From assembly GCA_951406725.2 (NCBI GenBank), contig OX597821.1, positions 111,290,001 through 111,354,000 of the forward strand: a stretch of 64,000 nt of DNA, in the 5' to 3' direction. Numbering within the stretch: the stretch's first letter is position 1; each line of letters starts with the position of its first letter. Source of the stretch: Octopus vulgaris. Lineage: Eukaryota. The position numbers were made by a program, and so were the translations under genes. Below, in pieces: positions 1-12,312 of the stretch. The notes under the pieces are model-generated. The model saw only the letters and a program-made list of their open reading frames with translations, made no database searches and had not been told where the DNA came from.

Positions 1-95
1 TGAGTACCGATGCCATGCAGTAGGACCGCGCCATGTTGTCAGGAAGCAAACTTCTTACCATTCAAGTCATACCTGTGTTGCTATCTCTCTCTCTC

Positions 96-133
<38 letters not shown>

Positions 134-218
134 CACATACATATATACATACATAATATGCATTCAGTGTGAATGGTTTTTTATATGGTGCCACTTTTAC
201 AATCCTGTAAATAATAAT

Positions 219-471
219 AATAATGGTATTTTTATATAAGCTTAGAGATTATGGCAATCACCGTGCAATGACTAAGAAAAATAGTCTAATAAAGGAGCAT
301 ATAAGCCCTCAACAGCAAAAAGGAGGTTTTCCTATCCACATGGGAGTTGAGCCCACATATGCGGATAGGAAAGTCTGTCGAGGGTTTATATGCCCCTTTA
401 TTAGACTATTTTTCTTAGTCATTGCACAGTGGTCGCCATAAGCTTTAAGCTTATATAAAAGCACCATTATT
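219..471. repeat. ~250-bp foldback / MITE-like inverted repeat
   Basis: aataatggt..tatataagctt..tgcaatgactaagaaaaatagtctaataaagg is mirrored by cctttattagactatttttcttagtcattgca..aagcttatataaaa..accattatt; inner stem ttcctatcc/ggataggaa. Confidence 0.85.
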
Positions 472-624
472 TTATATATATAATCATTTTTAATGTAGAA
501 CTTGAAGTAGATAATGTGTGGAAAATTGGGTTAAAAAAACAAGAATTTAGAAACTTAAAGCAAATTTATGATTGATGAAAACAAAACAATTCAGAACCTT
601 TCCGATTTGGTCATTTTTCTTCAG

Positions 625-789
625 AAACTCCTTGCACACCGGGAACAAGTCTCGTTGGTGATAGATGTTGATGATGTCGCAGAATCCGACCCTGATTTGG
701 CAGATGGCATTGTGGATAACACCCGCAGGTACATAGCACTCTTTGGAGATGCTGTCCATGAACTTCTTCCTGAATACAAAGAACGAGAG
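625..789 (+). CDS. MCM7: MCM7 coding exon (first in window; upstream exons lie outside the window)
   Basis: ttttcttcag|AAA...GAG|gtaatg, 165 nt; [55 protein letters not shown] matches the MCM7 N-terminal region (LAHREQV..DLDDVAE). Confidence 0.96.
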
Positions 790-835
790 GTAATGTATTT
801 TTTTTTTTAATCTGTCACTCTTTTAACATTAATCA

Positions 836-978
836 TTAACCCTTTAAGTTACAAAATTTTTGCTGCTGTCTATTATTATAAGACTTGATGATGGTGTGAG
901 AGGCCTGATTGAGTTAGAATAAACATAACATAGGTAGATTTTGGCCGGATGTGGGTGGTTTGAATGATAAAGGGTTAA
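836..978. mobile_element. piggyBac-like MITE
   Basis: TTAA-cccttta ... taaaggg-TTAA termini. Confidence 0.55.
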
Positions 979-1422
979 GTGATTTGATTAGAACTGGTAA
1001 GCTTGAGAGCTGCTCTAATCTGTTGTGGCTTGGTTTCTGCGACTGGATGCCCTTCCTAAAGCCAACCACTCCATGGAATGTACTGTGTGCTTTCTATGTG
1101 TCACCAGTATGGGTTCCTTTCGTGTGTCACTGGCACAATATGTGTAATTACACACACATATATATGATGGTTGCAGTTTCTCTTTTTGTATGGATGTGAA
1201 AATGATGGGTGCCTCTTGCAGTAGGTGTTCAAAGAGCTCATCATCCATGTAGTTGTCTTTCTTGTTTAAAAGGTTTTTCGTTGTCTTCTGGATTTATTAC
1301 ATGGAAACTAAATATTTTGGATTTTTTAAAAAATATGAAATTTCCAATGTATAACAGTTTTGCTTCAAACATGAATTTACTGAAATCTTTTCCACAAAGA
1401 ATTTTTAACATTTTATTTTTAG

Positions 1423-1559
1423 GTTGTATCCAAAGATGTCCTCGATATTTACATTGAGCACCGATTGCTGATGGAACAGAGGAATCAACGAGCTGATGGT
1501 GGACCTAGTGCCACACGTGACCCTCGCAACAAATATCCACCAGAGTTAATTAGAAGATT
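1423..1559 (+). CDS. MCM7: MCM7 coding exon
   Basis: tttttag|GTT...TT|gtaagt; [46 protein letters not shown]; phases match the neighbouring exons. Confidence 0.96.
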
Positions 1560-1902
1560 GTAAGTGATTAAAAACAAAAATTTCTTGGCTCTAGAAATCC
1601 TAGTAAATTGAATTATTTCCACATAATATGTGAAGTTCCTAGAGTCATCATCATTATTGTCTTGTGGACTTTTCCATGCTTGCAAGGATCAGACAGAATT
1701 TGGTGAGGCAAATTTTCTACAGCCAGATGCCCTTCCTGTCACCAACCTTCACCTGCTTCCTAGCAAGGGAATATTTTCTTTGCCCACAGAAGACTGGAAA
1801 CAAAACATAATTGCTTGTGTAACAATGATGCTCTTTTACAAACTTGATGTCAAAACAAGGAATGCTTACAACTACACATGTATCTATCTATCTATCTATC
1901 TA

Positions 1903-1947
<45 letters not shown>

Positions 1948-2244
1948 CAGCATCCTTTAATGTCTGTTGTCCATGCTGGTATGGGTTGGATGGTTTGACT
2001 GGCCTGGCACACTGAAAGGCTGCACTAAACTCCTGTCTGATTTGGCATGGTTTTCTATGGCTGGATGCCCTTCCTAACGCCAGGCACTCATAGTGTAGTA
2101 GATGCTTTTTACGTGCCACCTGCACAGGTGCCATTCAGGCAGCACTGGCACAGATCGTGCCCAAATGGTGCATATATATATACATATATATATGTATATA
2201 TATATATATATTGATCAAAATAAAAACATGATGCCAAGGATTCA

Positions 2245-2322
2245 GCGGTACATATGTTTCGGGCCTTTATTAGACAGATTTATAACAATGCATAATGTAT
2301 GTCTGTGGCCTTCTTCAGCCGC
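2245..2322 (-). ncRNA. Minimal type I hammerhead ribozyme motif in a ~250-bp element (2211-2458) flanked by (TA)n
   Basis: Minus strand: GCGG CUGAAGA A GGCC..GGCC C GAAA CAUAUG UA CCGC (stem I, core, stem II, palindromic stem III, GUA site). Confidence 0.75.
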
Positions 2323-2456
2323 GCACAACAGCTTCCACAAGGACATGTGTTACATCAAAAATTCTTGGTTGGGGATGCAAATCCTCTCATTTGCGTACGA
2401 CATAATGCGGCAGCAGCATAGAATTGAAGCGTCCATCTCTTTCTTCTCTCAATGTA

Positions 2457-2489
<33 letters not shown>

Positions 2490-2549
2490 AGACCTACTGA
2501 ATCAAGTATGTCAACACCAACATCAAAATAGAAATCAAATGGAAATTGT

Positions 2550-2873
2550 AGTTAAGATACCCGTGCTGGTGGCATGTAAAAAGCACCATCCAAACGTGGC
2601 TGTTGCCAGTGCCATCATGCCTGGCTTCCGTACCGGTGGAACGTAAAAAGCACCAACCATTCGTGGCCATTGCCAGCTTCCTCTGGCCCCTGTGCTGGTG
2701 GCACATAAAAAGCACCCACTACACTCATGGAGTGGTTGGCATTAGGAAGAGCATCCAGCTGTAGAAACACTGCCAGATCAGACTGAAGCCTGGCGCAGCC
2801 TCCTGGCTTCCCAGATCCCGGTCGAACCGTCCAACCCATGCTAGCATGGAAAACAGACGTTAAATGATGAGGA
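2550..2873 (+). mobile_element. Abundant SINE-like family with internal ~55-67-bp subrepeats and (GAT)n tail (example copy; >20 copies, e.g. 6285-6738, 8540-9008, 15030-15210, 27420-27699, 30465-31172)
   Basis: Recurrent ggcacgtaaaaagcacc subrepeats, then aggaagggcatccagctgtagaaac...ccaacccatgctagcatggaaagcggacgttaaacgatgatgat. Confidence 0.85.
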
Positions 2874-5784
2874 TGTACATAAAAATCACTAGTGCTGATG
2901 CTGTATAAAAAAAAAACATCTAGTCCACTTTGTCAAGTGGTTGGTGTTAGGAAGAGCATCCAGCCATGGAAACCATGTCAAAGAGACAATTGGTGCTTGG
3001 TGCAGCTCTCTGGCATGCCAGCTCCTGTCAAACCCTGTAACCCATGCCAGCGAGGAAAACGGATGTTAAATTTTGATGATGATGATAGCAAGGCAAATTA
3101 GTCTGTGTTGTTGGACCTGCATAACATTTGTATTTGTTTATAAAGAGTAAGAAGCTTAGCAAATGACAAACGATATTCGCAGCCAGTTCTGGTTGAAGAA
3201 TAAGAAGTTAACCTGTTTCTGTATGGTAAATGTTGGAAATGTTCCCTGTGAAAATTTGTTCTATGCTGGCAGAATGATGAAATGTGAGGCAGGAGGCCTC
3301 CCCCGTATTACAAGGTATGTTTGTGTGTGTGTATGTGCCATTAGGTTCCTGTAATGCAGATCTGAAATATCATGGAAGCTGTTCACTGTTCAAGATTTTG
3401 GTATCATCATTAGGTCTACTAGATTATTACGAATGAAAGCGATGGCATGATTTGGGAGTCTGGTTGATCTTGTATACATCTCCAGCATTTGATGGAAACC
3501 TGATAATCCTTGATAGTAAAAGGAGTGCATATGAGGTTGTGCTTTTGGCTACAAAAGCACAACCAGTGATTAAAATCCAAATTTGTTTCTGTCAAAAGCT
3601 GTTGGTCTCAGCCCTCACATACTCTTGCTGTGACTGTCCTCACAGTGAGGGTATTTTTCTGACTGCCATTTATTTTTATGTAGGCAATGAATAAAAAAGT
3701 TTTTCAAGATTTGCAGGAGTGCCTGTGTGATCATGTAGTTCTGGGTTCAGTCCCACTGCATGGCACCTTGGGCAAGTGTCTTCTACTAAAGCCTTGTGAG
3801 TGGATTTGGTAGATGGAAACTGAAAGAAGCCCGTTTGTTTGTTTGTCTTTGTATATATATGTGTGTATTTGGATATTACCTCATTTGGTAACAGGAAAGG
3901 CATCCAGCTGTAGAAACTTTGCTTCAAAAATTTCCATCTAACCTGTGCAAGCATGATAAAATGGATGTTAAACATTGATGATATACATGTGTAGTGTAGG
4001 TCTGGATGTAGTTTTTCCTGCTATATTTATGTATCTACTATACAGCAAGACACTTATACCACTAATTTCTCATCAACTGGCACAAAGCCATCATCACCCA
4101 TCTCTACTACTCCCTCCTCCCAGCTGATGGGTTTTGGTTTTGCAAGTTATTTAGTGACTCTGCTGGTGCCATGTGAGAAGCATCCAACATATTCTGTGAA
4201 GTGGTTTGTCATGATGAACGACCGAGACCTTTGGCATTATGTCCTGCTTGAGAAGAAGACCCATCAAGCCAAGTAAAATTGCAGTTGTGGCAGATCTGGT
4301 GTCATGCAAATGGCACCTGTGCTGGTGGCATGTAAAAGCATCCATTACACTCTCAGAGTGATTGGCATTATGGAGGGCATCCGGCCATAAAAAACCATGC
4401 CAAATCAGACTGGAACCTGGCACAGCCTTCCAGCTTGCCAGCCAGGTCAAACCATCCAACCCATGCCAGCATGGACAAAGGATGTTAAATGATGATGATG
4501 CTGATCTAGTTGTAGAAACCAAACCAATACAGATAAATGGAACTTGGTGCAAGCCCTTTGCCTTATCGTCTCCTGCCAAACTGTTTGACTTGTCCCAGCA
4601 TGGAAGATGGATGTTGTGTGGTGGTGATATTTCACTGAAGGATTTAAACACTGCTGAGACACCGCAAGACTGGTGCTATGCAAAGTCCCTTGAGGTATTT
4701 GTTCTGCATTCAGTTTGACACTCCCTTGTCTTGCTATGTGAAATGCAAGGAAGCTACAATTGTCTCATAAACCTGTAACCAACAAATATAAAATGAAACG
4801 AGGTGGTGAGCTGGCAGAATCGTTAGCACGCCGGGCAAAATGCTTAGCAGTATTTCATCCGTCTTCACGTTCTGAGTTCAAATTCCACTGAGGTTGACTT
4901 TACCTTTCATCCTTTTGGAGGGATCAATAGAATAAGTACCAGTTATGTACTGGGGTCAGTCTAATCAACTTCCCCCTTCCTGAAATTGCTGACATTGGGC
5001 CAAAATTTGAAATCCATCATTGTTTAACATTCTGATTTCCATGCTGGCATGGGTTGGACAGTTTGATGTGGAGCTGGCCAGCAGGGAACTGTCTGTTGAT
5101 GCTGGTTTTCTCCTACTGGGTACCCTTCCTAATGCCAACCACTTAACAGAGTGTGCTGGATGTGTTTATGCAGCACTTGCACCTGAAAGGACAAGCTTAT
5201 CATCATCATCGTTTAGCGTCCGTTTTCCATATTGGCATAGGTTGGACGGTTTGATTGAGGTCTGGAAAGACTGGTTGCATCAGGCTCCAATCTGATCAGG
5301 CAATGTTTTTACAGATGGATGCCTTTCCTAATGCTAACCTCTCCGAGAGTGTAATGGGTACCTTTTACATGCCACCAGCACAGGAACCAGTCAGGTTGCC
5401 CTAGCATTGATCACGTTTGGACAGTGCTTTTTACGTGCCAGTCAGGAAGCACTGGCATCGGCCACGTTTGGGTGGTGCTTTTTACATGCCACCAGTATGG
5501 GAGCAAGTCAGGCGGCCCTAGCATCGATCATGTTTGGATAGTGCTTCTTTACGTGCCACCAGCATGGGTGTCAGTCTGGGGCACTGGCATCGGCCACGTT
5601 TGGGTGGTGCTTTTTACATGCCACCAGTACGGGAGCAAGTCAGGTGGCCCTGGCATTGATCACGTTTAGATAGTGCTTTTTTTGTGCCACAAAAATAAAT
5701 ATAATCTTAAAGAAATTTAAAAATTTGTTTTTGTTAAAAATTATAATTTTTATTTTCTTCCTCTTTTTTCTTTTTTTTAAAAAG

Positions 5785-5965
5785 TGAAGTGTACTTCAGA
5801 GCGCCATCACACCAGAAACAACTTTCTGTGAGAGAAATCAAAGCTGACTGCGTTGGCAAATTGGTGTGCGCGAAAGGTATTGTGACTCGAGCGACTGAAG
5901 TGAAACCCATGATGGCCGTGGCAACATACACATGCGACACTTGTGGCACAGAAACTTATCAACCA
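5785..5965 (+). CDS. MCM7: MCM7 coding exon (OB fold, first half of Zn finger)
   Basis: aaaag|T GAA GTG...CCA|gtgag; EVYFRAPS...[30 protein letters not shown]. Confidence 0.97.
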
Positions 5966-7442
5966 GTGAGATTCCTTTTACTATATTTACAGTATTTAAG
6001 GGCCTGTGTGTCCCCACTACAGTATTTAAGGCGAGCTGGCTGAAACGTTAGCGCGGCGGGTGAAATGCATAGCCGTATTTTGTCTGCCGTTGCCTTCTGA
6101 GTTCAAATTTTGATGAGGTCGACCTTTCATCCTTTTGGGGTCGATAAATTAAGTACCAGTTATGCACTGGGGCCGATGTAATTGACTTAATCCCTCTGTC
6201 TTTGTTTGCCCTCTCTGTGTTTAGCCCCTTGTGGGTAGTAAAGAAATTAGTATTTAAGGGCCTGTGTGTCCAGCCAGCCAGCGCCGTACCGACTGGCCTC
6301 CGCCGGTGGCACGTAAAAAGCACCATCCGTTTGTGGCCGTTGCCAGCCTCGCCTGGCCCCCGTGCTGGTGGCACGTAAAAAAGCATCATCCGTTCGTGGC
6401 CATTGCCAGCACCGCCCCGACTGGCCTTGTGCCGGTGGCACGTAAAAAGCACCGTCCGTTCGTGGCTGTTGCCAGCCTCGCCTGGCCCCGTGCCAGTGGC
6501 ACGTAAAAAGCACCATCCGTCCGTGGCCGTTTGCCAGCTCCGTCTGGCACCTGTGCGGGTGGCACGTAAAAAGCACCCACTACACTCACGGAGTGGTTGG
6601 CGTTAGGAAGGGCATCAAGCTGTAGAAACACTGCCAGATCAGACTGGGCCTGATGCAGCCTTCTGGCTTCACAGACCCCGGTTGAACCGTCCAACCCATG
6701 CTAGCATGGAAAGCGAACGCTAAATGATGATGATGATGTGTCCCCACCCTATCCCAGCTGGGCGGGGTCAGTTCAGATATATCCCTACAAGATGTCTTAG
6801 ATTTTTTGCTTGTTTCAGTCATTGGACACTGGCAATGCTTGAGCATCACCTTAAAGGGGTTTAGTCAAAGAAATTGAGGTCCAATATTTATTTATTTTTT
6901 TTTTGATTTACGTTTGGTACTTATTTTATTGGTCTCTTTTGCTGAATTGCTCAGTCGTATGGATGTAAACAAACTATCACTGGAATGCTAGTTTTCAAAT
7001 AGTGGGGGGGACAAACAAGATAAACACACACACTTGAATAAATACATTCCATCCACAAGTAGGCTCAGGAGTGGCTGTGTGGTAAGAAGCTTGCTTCCCA
7101 ACCACATGGTTCCGCGTTCAGTCCCACTGTGTGGTACCTTGGGTAAGTATCTTCTACTATAGCATCAGGCTGACCAGAGCCTTGTGAGTGGATTTGGTAG
7201 ACGGAAACTGAAAGAAGCCTGTCATATATATTTGTGTGTGTGTGTCCGTTTTGTTTCCACCAACAATCGCATGACAACCGATGTTGATGTGTTTACATCC
7301 CCGTAACTTTGTGGTTCAGCGAAAGAGATTAATAGAATAAGTACTAGGCTTACAAGGAATAAGTCCTGGGGTTGATTTGTTCGACTAAAGGCGGTGCTCC
7401 AGCATAGCTGCGTTCATAGCCTTGTGGGCAATAAAGAAATAT

Positions 7443-7979
7443 ATATTTAAGGGATGAGAAATTATGTACATTATTTAGATTTGATGGATATTTGTCCTCA
7501 TCTTGTTTGTTGTTAACACAACGTTTCGGCTGATATACTCTCCAGCATTCATCAGGTGTCTTGGGGAAATTTCAAACCTGGGTTCTCATTCCCAAGGTAT
7601 TTTTCGATTAATTACTATTATTATTATTATTTATTTCCTTTGCACATCTTCTAATGCTGGAGATGTACTACAGTGTCAGCTGTTCCCTACCAGTGAACTA
7701 AGGTAACACCTCTTATTTTTCGAGCACCTTTCGGCGTATTCGAGCGGTTCCAAGCAGTGCTGTTTTCTGCAAGTGCTCAACCCTTATTGCAGTCCCTATT
7801 TGTTCCACGTACTTCTCAAGATTTTTGCTCACTGTTCCCAGGGCTCCAACAATTATTGATACTAATGCTACCTTTTTCATCGACCACAACTGCTTAACTT
7901 ATTATTATTGTTATTATTCAGGTCACTGCCTGGAATCGAACTTGAAATCTTGGAGTTAGTAGCCTGTGCTAACCACTAC
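7443..7979 (-). mobile_element. tRNA-headed SINE-like element with hammerhead tail, interrupted by a LINE fragment
   Basis: Minus strand: tRNA-like head (gtagtggttag...gttcgattcc) at 7979-7918, then (AAT)n linker, then tail with gacac CTGATGA..GAAA cg tt gtgtt at 7560-7515. Confidence 0.75.
7632..7900 (-). mobile_element. 3' end of R4/Dong-like RLE non-LTR retrotransposon inserted in (AAT)n
   Basis: [61 protein letters not shown], matching the IGALG...LQK..LLGTA.ILRK.L C-terminal motif. Confidence 0.8.
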
Positions 7980-7997
7980 ATATGTTTATTTTTGCAG

Positions 7998-8135
7998 ATC
8001 TCTTCCCCTACTTTTATGCCATTGTTGATGTGCCCCAGCCAGGATTGCACAACAAATAGGTCCGGAGGACGTCTTTATTTACAGAGCCGAGGTTCGAAAT
8101 TCATCAAGTTTCAGGATCTTAAAATCCAAGAACAT
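7998..8135 (+). CDS. MCM7: MCM7 coding exon (second half of Zn finger)
   Basis: tttgcag|ATC...CAT|gtaag; [46 protein letters not shown]. Confidence 0.97.
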
Positions 8136-10454
8136 GTAAGTGTTGCATGCAATTGTCTATTTCTTTATTCCAAAATGGTTTTACCATATTCCATCTTTTA
8201 ATCTTTCACTTGTTTCTGTCATTAGACGTGTGACCATGCTGTGATAGAATAAATACCAGGATTTAAAAAATATAAAAAAAAAGTACTGGGATGGAGTCGC
8301 TTAACTCTGCCCCAGCATGGCCACAGTCTACTGACTGAAACAGGTAAAAAATGCTGTCACAGAGAGTTTGGTATTGTAGAAGATTTAGCTTTGATGCCTG
8401 CAGCATCTGAAGGGGTAATGCAAAACCTGTGTGGAGTTGTGAATATTAAAGTTACCGAGGGTAATGATTGGCGAGAGGTGTGATGTGATATAGCAGCAGT
8501 GCGTACCTTTTCCTTCTTTGGTCACTAAACTCTGTTTGCAAAGACCTGTTGAGGCAAGTGAAATCAAAATCAATTTGATGACTGACATCTGTGCTAGCGG
8601 GGTGCAAAGAGCATCATACAAGTGTGATTGTTGACAGAGCGGCTATTCGAGTGTGATCGTTACCAGCGTCGCCTTACTGGCACTTATGCCTGTGCTAGTA
8701 GGGTGCCAAGAGCACTATCCGAGTGTGATCGTTGCCACAGCAGCCAACTGGCTTTCGTACACGTGGCACATAAAAGGGAACCATTCGAGCGTGATCGTTA
8801 CCAATGTCGCTTCACTGGCCCCTGTGCCGGTGACACGTAAAAATCACCCACTACACTCTTGGAGTGGTTGGCGTTAGGAAGGGCATCCAGCTGTAGAAAC
8901 TCTGCCAGATCAAGATTGGAGCCTGGTGCAGCCATCTGGTTCGCCAGCCCTCAGTCAAAATCGTCCAACCCATGCTAGCATGGAAAGCGGATGTAAACGA
9001 TGATGATGAGTATGGGGGCACGTGCTTTAACAGTGCATCGCTGGGCCCACCATCTGTTGGTGATTCCCTGCTACTCTTGGCAGGTGACACCTTCATACCA
9101 CCTAGGTGATAACTCTAACCCAGGGGTCTGTTTTGGGGTAGTCATTACTGGCAAGGGTTTTATGGGGTTGGGGAGCAGATCCTACCTCAACCATTTAGTC
9201 ACCTTTTATAAGATGCAGAGGAAACGTTGGGTCCGTTATTTGGTATCCTGGTCCCCTCACAGCTCAAAGGATATTGTAGTAATATGGGGTCAGGCGCTGT
9301 AACAGTGCATTGCTGCATCCACCATGTATTGGTGATTTTCTACTGCTCCTGGTGGATGAGACCTTTGCATCACTCAAATGACAACCCTCTGACCCATGGT
9401 CTGGGAATTGAACCCACGGTCCGGGAATTGAACTCATGATCTGGCAGTCTTGAGTACAATACCTTAACCATGTGCCTTCAAATGTGAGATAAAACATGAT
9501 CTGTTTCACATCATTTAACCCTTTAATATCCAGAGTGTGATCGTTACCAGCATTGCCTTACTGGCACCTGTGCCGGGGCATGTAAAAAGCACCTTTTTGA
9601 GCGTTGAGCATCATGGAGGCAATGATGAATGATCCACATCTTTGGCATTACGCTGTGCTTGAGAAGAAGACCCACCAAGCCGAGCAAAATTGCAGTTGTG
9701 GCAGATACCAGTGTCACGCAAATGACCCCTGTGCCAGTGGCACGTAAAAGCACCCATTACATTCTTTGAGTAGTTGGCATTAGGAAGGGCATCCAGTTGC
9801 AGAAACCATGCCAAGTCAGACTGGAGTCTGTTGCAGCTTGCTAGCCCCTGGTCAAACCGTCCAACCCATGCCAACATGGACAACGGATGCTAAACGATAA
9901 TGATGATGATGAGTTAGATGATTTTGGCCAGATATGGCAAGATCAAATGCTGCTGAAGGGTTGAATGTCCATATCGGTATGGTTTGGTCAAGTCTGGACA
10001 GTCCAAAGGCTGCATCTTTCTCCATCTTCTACTTGGAATGAACGCTCTTCCTGATGTCATATTCAAATTCCTTGCTCTGTCTTCCGACAACTGTTGTTGT
10101 TTTATCATCCACTAACATTGAATTCAGTTGAAGGAAGCGTTTTAAGTGGTCACTCCATCTGCTAGAAATAGCAGCCAAGTTTCCTTCCTGTATTTGAGTA
10201 TTTCTATATGAGAATCCTGCCGTAAATTCACTTGAATGTTATGTAAAAGTATATTTTGTTGTCTGTGATAACTATTTAACTCATTTCAGAAATAGAAAAA
10301 AACTAAATTTAGCTTATATTATTTATATTTTTGTTGTTACTGTTGCTTTCTTCAAATTTTATTATTCCTGCTGCTGTTGTTGTTGTTTTTGTGTTTCTTT
10401 TCTCTATTACCATTATCATCTTGACTTGGGTTTTTTTTTTCTCTCTCCTTGCAG

Positions 10455-10559
10455 AGCGACCAAGTACCTGTTGGCAACATTCCACGCAGCATGACGGTTG
10501 TCTGCAAAGGGGAGATAACTCGTCTCGTGCAACCTGGTGACCATGTCAGCATCACTGGT
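10455..10559 (+). CDS. MCM7: MCM7 coding exon, followed by a U12-type donor
   Basis: ccttgcag|AGC...GGT|gtatcctttc; [35 protein letters not shown]. Confidence 0.95.
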
Positions 10560-10622
10560 GTATCCTTTCTGCTGCTTTGCTGCTGCTCTTCTTGGCAATT
10601 CTTCAATTTCTCACGATATAAT

Positions 10623-10656
<34 letters not shown>

Positions 10657-10804
10657 AATAGCAAACTGTGATATACAATACACAAGGATTTATGTAGAGA
10701 TAGAATTGCAGTGTCAGATTAAAATAGAAATGGCATTGATAACGCTTTGCTCATTCTAAATTACTTATATTTCTTTCTGTGTATTTTGTTGTATCTTGGG
10801 TGGG

Positions 10805-11400
10805 TCATTATGTCAGTAAGAAGCACACACACACACACACTGGTTGTATTTTACATCATTATTTTCTCTTTGTCAATTGGTTAATTATTTAGCCAATTAA
10901 CTAATTGATTGTTTCGTTAATTGTTTGGTGAATTGTTCAGTGAGTTAGGCTTGTCAAAGTCCTTTCATTGTCATTCCCTAGGACTATGTTATTCATGAGG
11001 TCACAAATGGTAATTAAGGGCAGCGAGCTGGCAGAATCGTTAGCACGTCGGGCGAAATGCGTAGACGTATTTCGTCTGCCGTTACATTCTGAGTTCGAAT
11101 TCCGCCGAGGTCGACTTTGCCTTTCATCCTTTCGGGGTCGATAAATTAAGTACCAGTTACGCAGTGGGGGGTCGATTTAATCGACTTAATCCGTTTGTTT
11201 GTCCCTTCTGTGTTAAGCCCCTTGTGGGTAGTAAAGAAATAAATGGTAATGAAAGGACTTGGACAAACCTAACTGGTTGATTGATTACCCAAATGGAACA
11301 ACCTGTTAGTTAATTGTTGAAGTAGTTAACCAATTTATGAATAAATAACGAAAGAAGTGAAATAAAACCAGTGTGTGTGTTCATTATTGGCATAACAACC
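10805..11400. mobile_element. Degenerate inverted-repeat MITE hosting the SINE above
   Basis: gttaggcttgtcaaagtcctttcatt vs aatgaaaggacttggacaaacctaac; cacacactggttgtattttac vs gtgaaataaaaccagtgtgtg. Confidence 0.6.
11015..11240 (+). mobile_element. Full-length ~230-bp SINE (ggcgagctggcagaatcgttagc family) with 10-bp TSD; many other copies (6031-6249, 14855-15255, 41167-41397, etc.)
   Basis: TSD aaatggtaat at 11005-11014 and 11241-11250; B-box-like gagttcgaattcc. Confidence 0.9.
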
Positions 11401-12234
11401 TTCCCAAAACAACCTGTTTTAACACAGTTTGACATCAATAATCCTAATATATTTTTGTTAGTGTTTACAATGATGAGACAAGACTCAAAACCGATGTTTG
11501 AATATTTAGTTCTGTTCCAATGTTTGCTGGATTTATATTCTATTAATGTTATTGTCTTGTCATCTTGTCGTTCGTATATTTTGGGGACACGACTCTTTCA
11601 CCAACTTTATTCTCTTAGGATTGGTCCCTTAACAGTTGGAAAAACCTGCCAATTATTTATTTGCTAGGTTTACCTACAACCACAATTCCTGTAACCTGAC
11701 ACTTAAGATTTAAAACCAAAATAGGACAAAAAGATATTCCCTTCAATCACATACAGCTCATTATCACTTTCAATATGTGTAAAAAGCACCATCCGAACAG
11801 GGTTGATGCCAGGGCTTCTGTGCTAGTGGTGCATAAAAAGCACTATCCAAACGTGGCTGATGCTAGTGCGTCCTACCGGCTCCTGTGCCAGTGGCATGTA
11901 AAAAGCACTATCCGAACGTGGCCGATGCCAGGTGGCACGTAAAAAAGCACCCGCTACACTGAGTGGTTGACGTTAGGAAGGGTATCCAGCTGTAGAAGCT
12001 TTGCTAGAACAGATTGGAGCCTGGTGCGGCCTCCTGGCTTTCCAGATTTCAGTCAAACTGTCCAACCCATGTCACATGGAAAGCAGACGTTAAAGGATGA
12101 TGATGATGATGATGTTAAAGGTTTGTCATTATGTAGCATCACTAGTGTGAGGATTTGAACTCTTTCTGTTATTTAGATGAATAATTCTGTGCCTTGTAAC
12201 TCAAACTTTTGTTTTAGTTCCTTAACTGTCAAAG

Positions 12235-12312
12235 GTATTTCTTCCTATGATGAAAACTGGCTACGGTCAAATCAGTGCTGGTCTACTCTCTGATACATTC
12301 CTTGAAGCCAAT
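12235..12312 (+). CDS. MCM7: MCM7 coding exon
   Basis: tcaaag|GTA...AAT|gtaagt; VFLPMMKTGYGQISAGLLSDTFLEAN. Confidence 0.93.

Larger units (their letters stand above)
10560..12234 (+). other. U12-type (minor spliceosome) GT-AG intron
   Basis: 5'SS GTATCCTTT at 10560-10568; branch box TTCCTTAAC at 12218-12226; AG at 12233-12234; the junction restores ...SITG|VFLP... in frame. Confidence 0.9.

Noticed and set aside
1-624. MCM7 start codon or promoter (ORF 568-810 begins with ATG)
   Set aside because: Residues upstream of 625 are intronic and a strong acceptor lies at 624; the expected N-terminal exons are not in the window
4151-6849. Recurrent ORFs such as LQLDALPNANHS / MLFTCH
   Set aside because: Chance frames of a non-coding SINE-like repeat; frames are not preserved among copies
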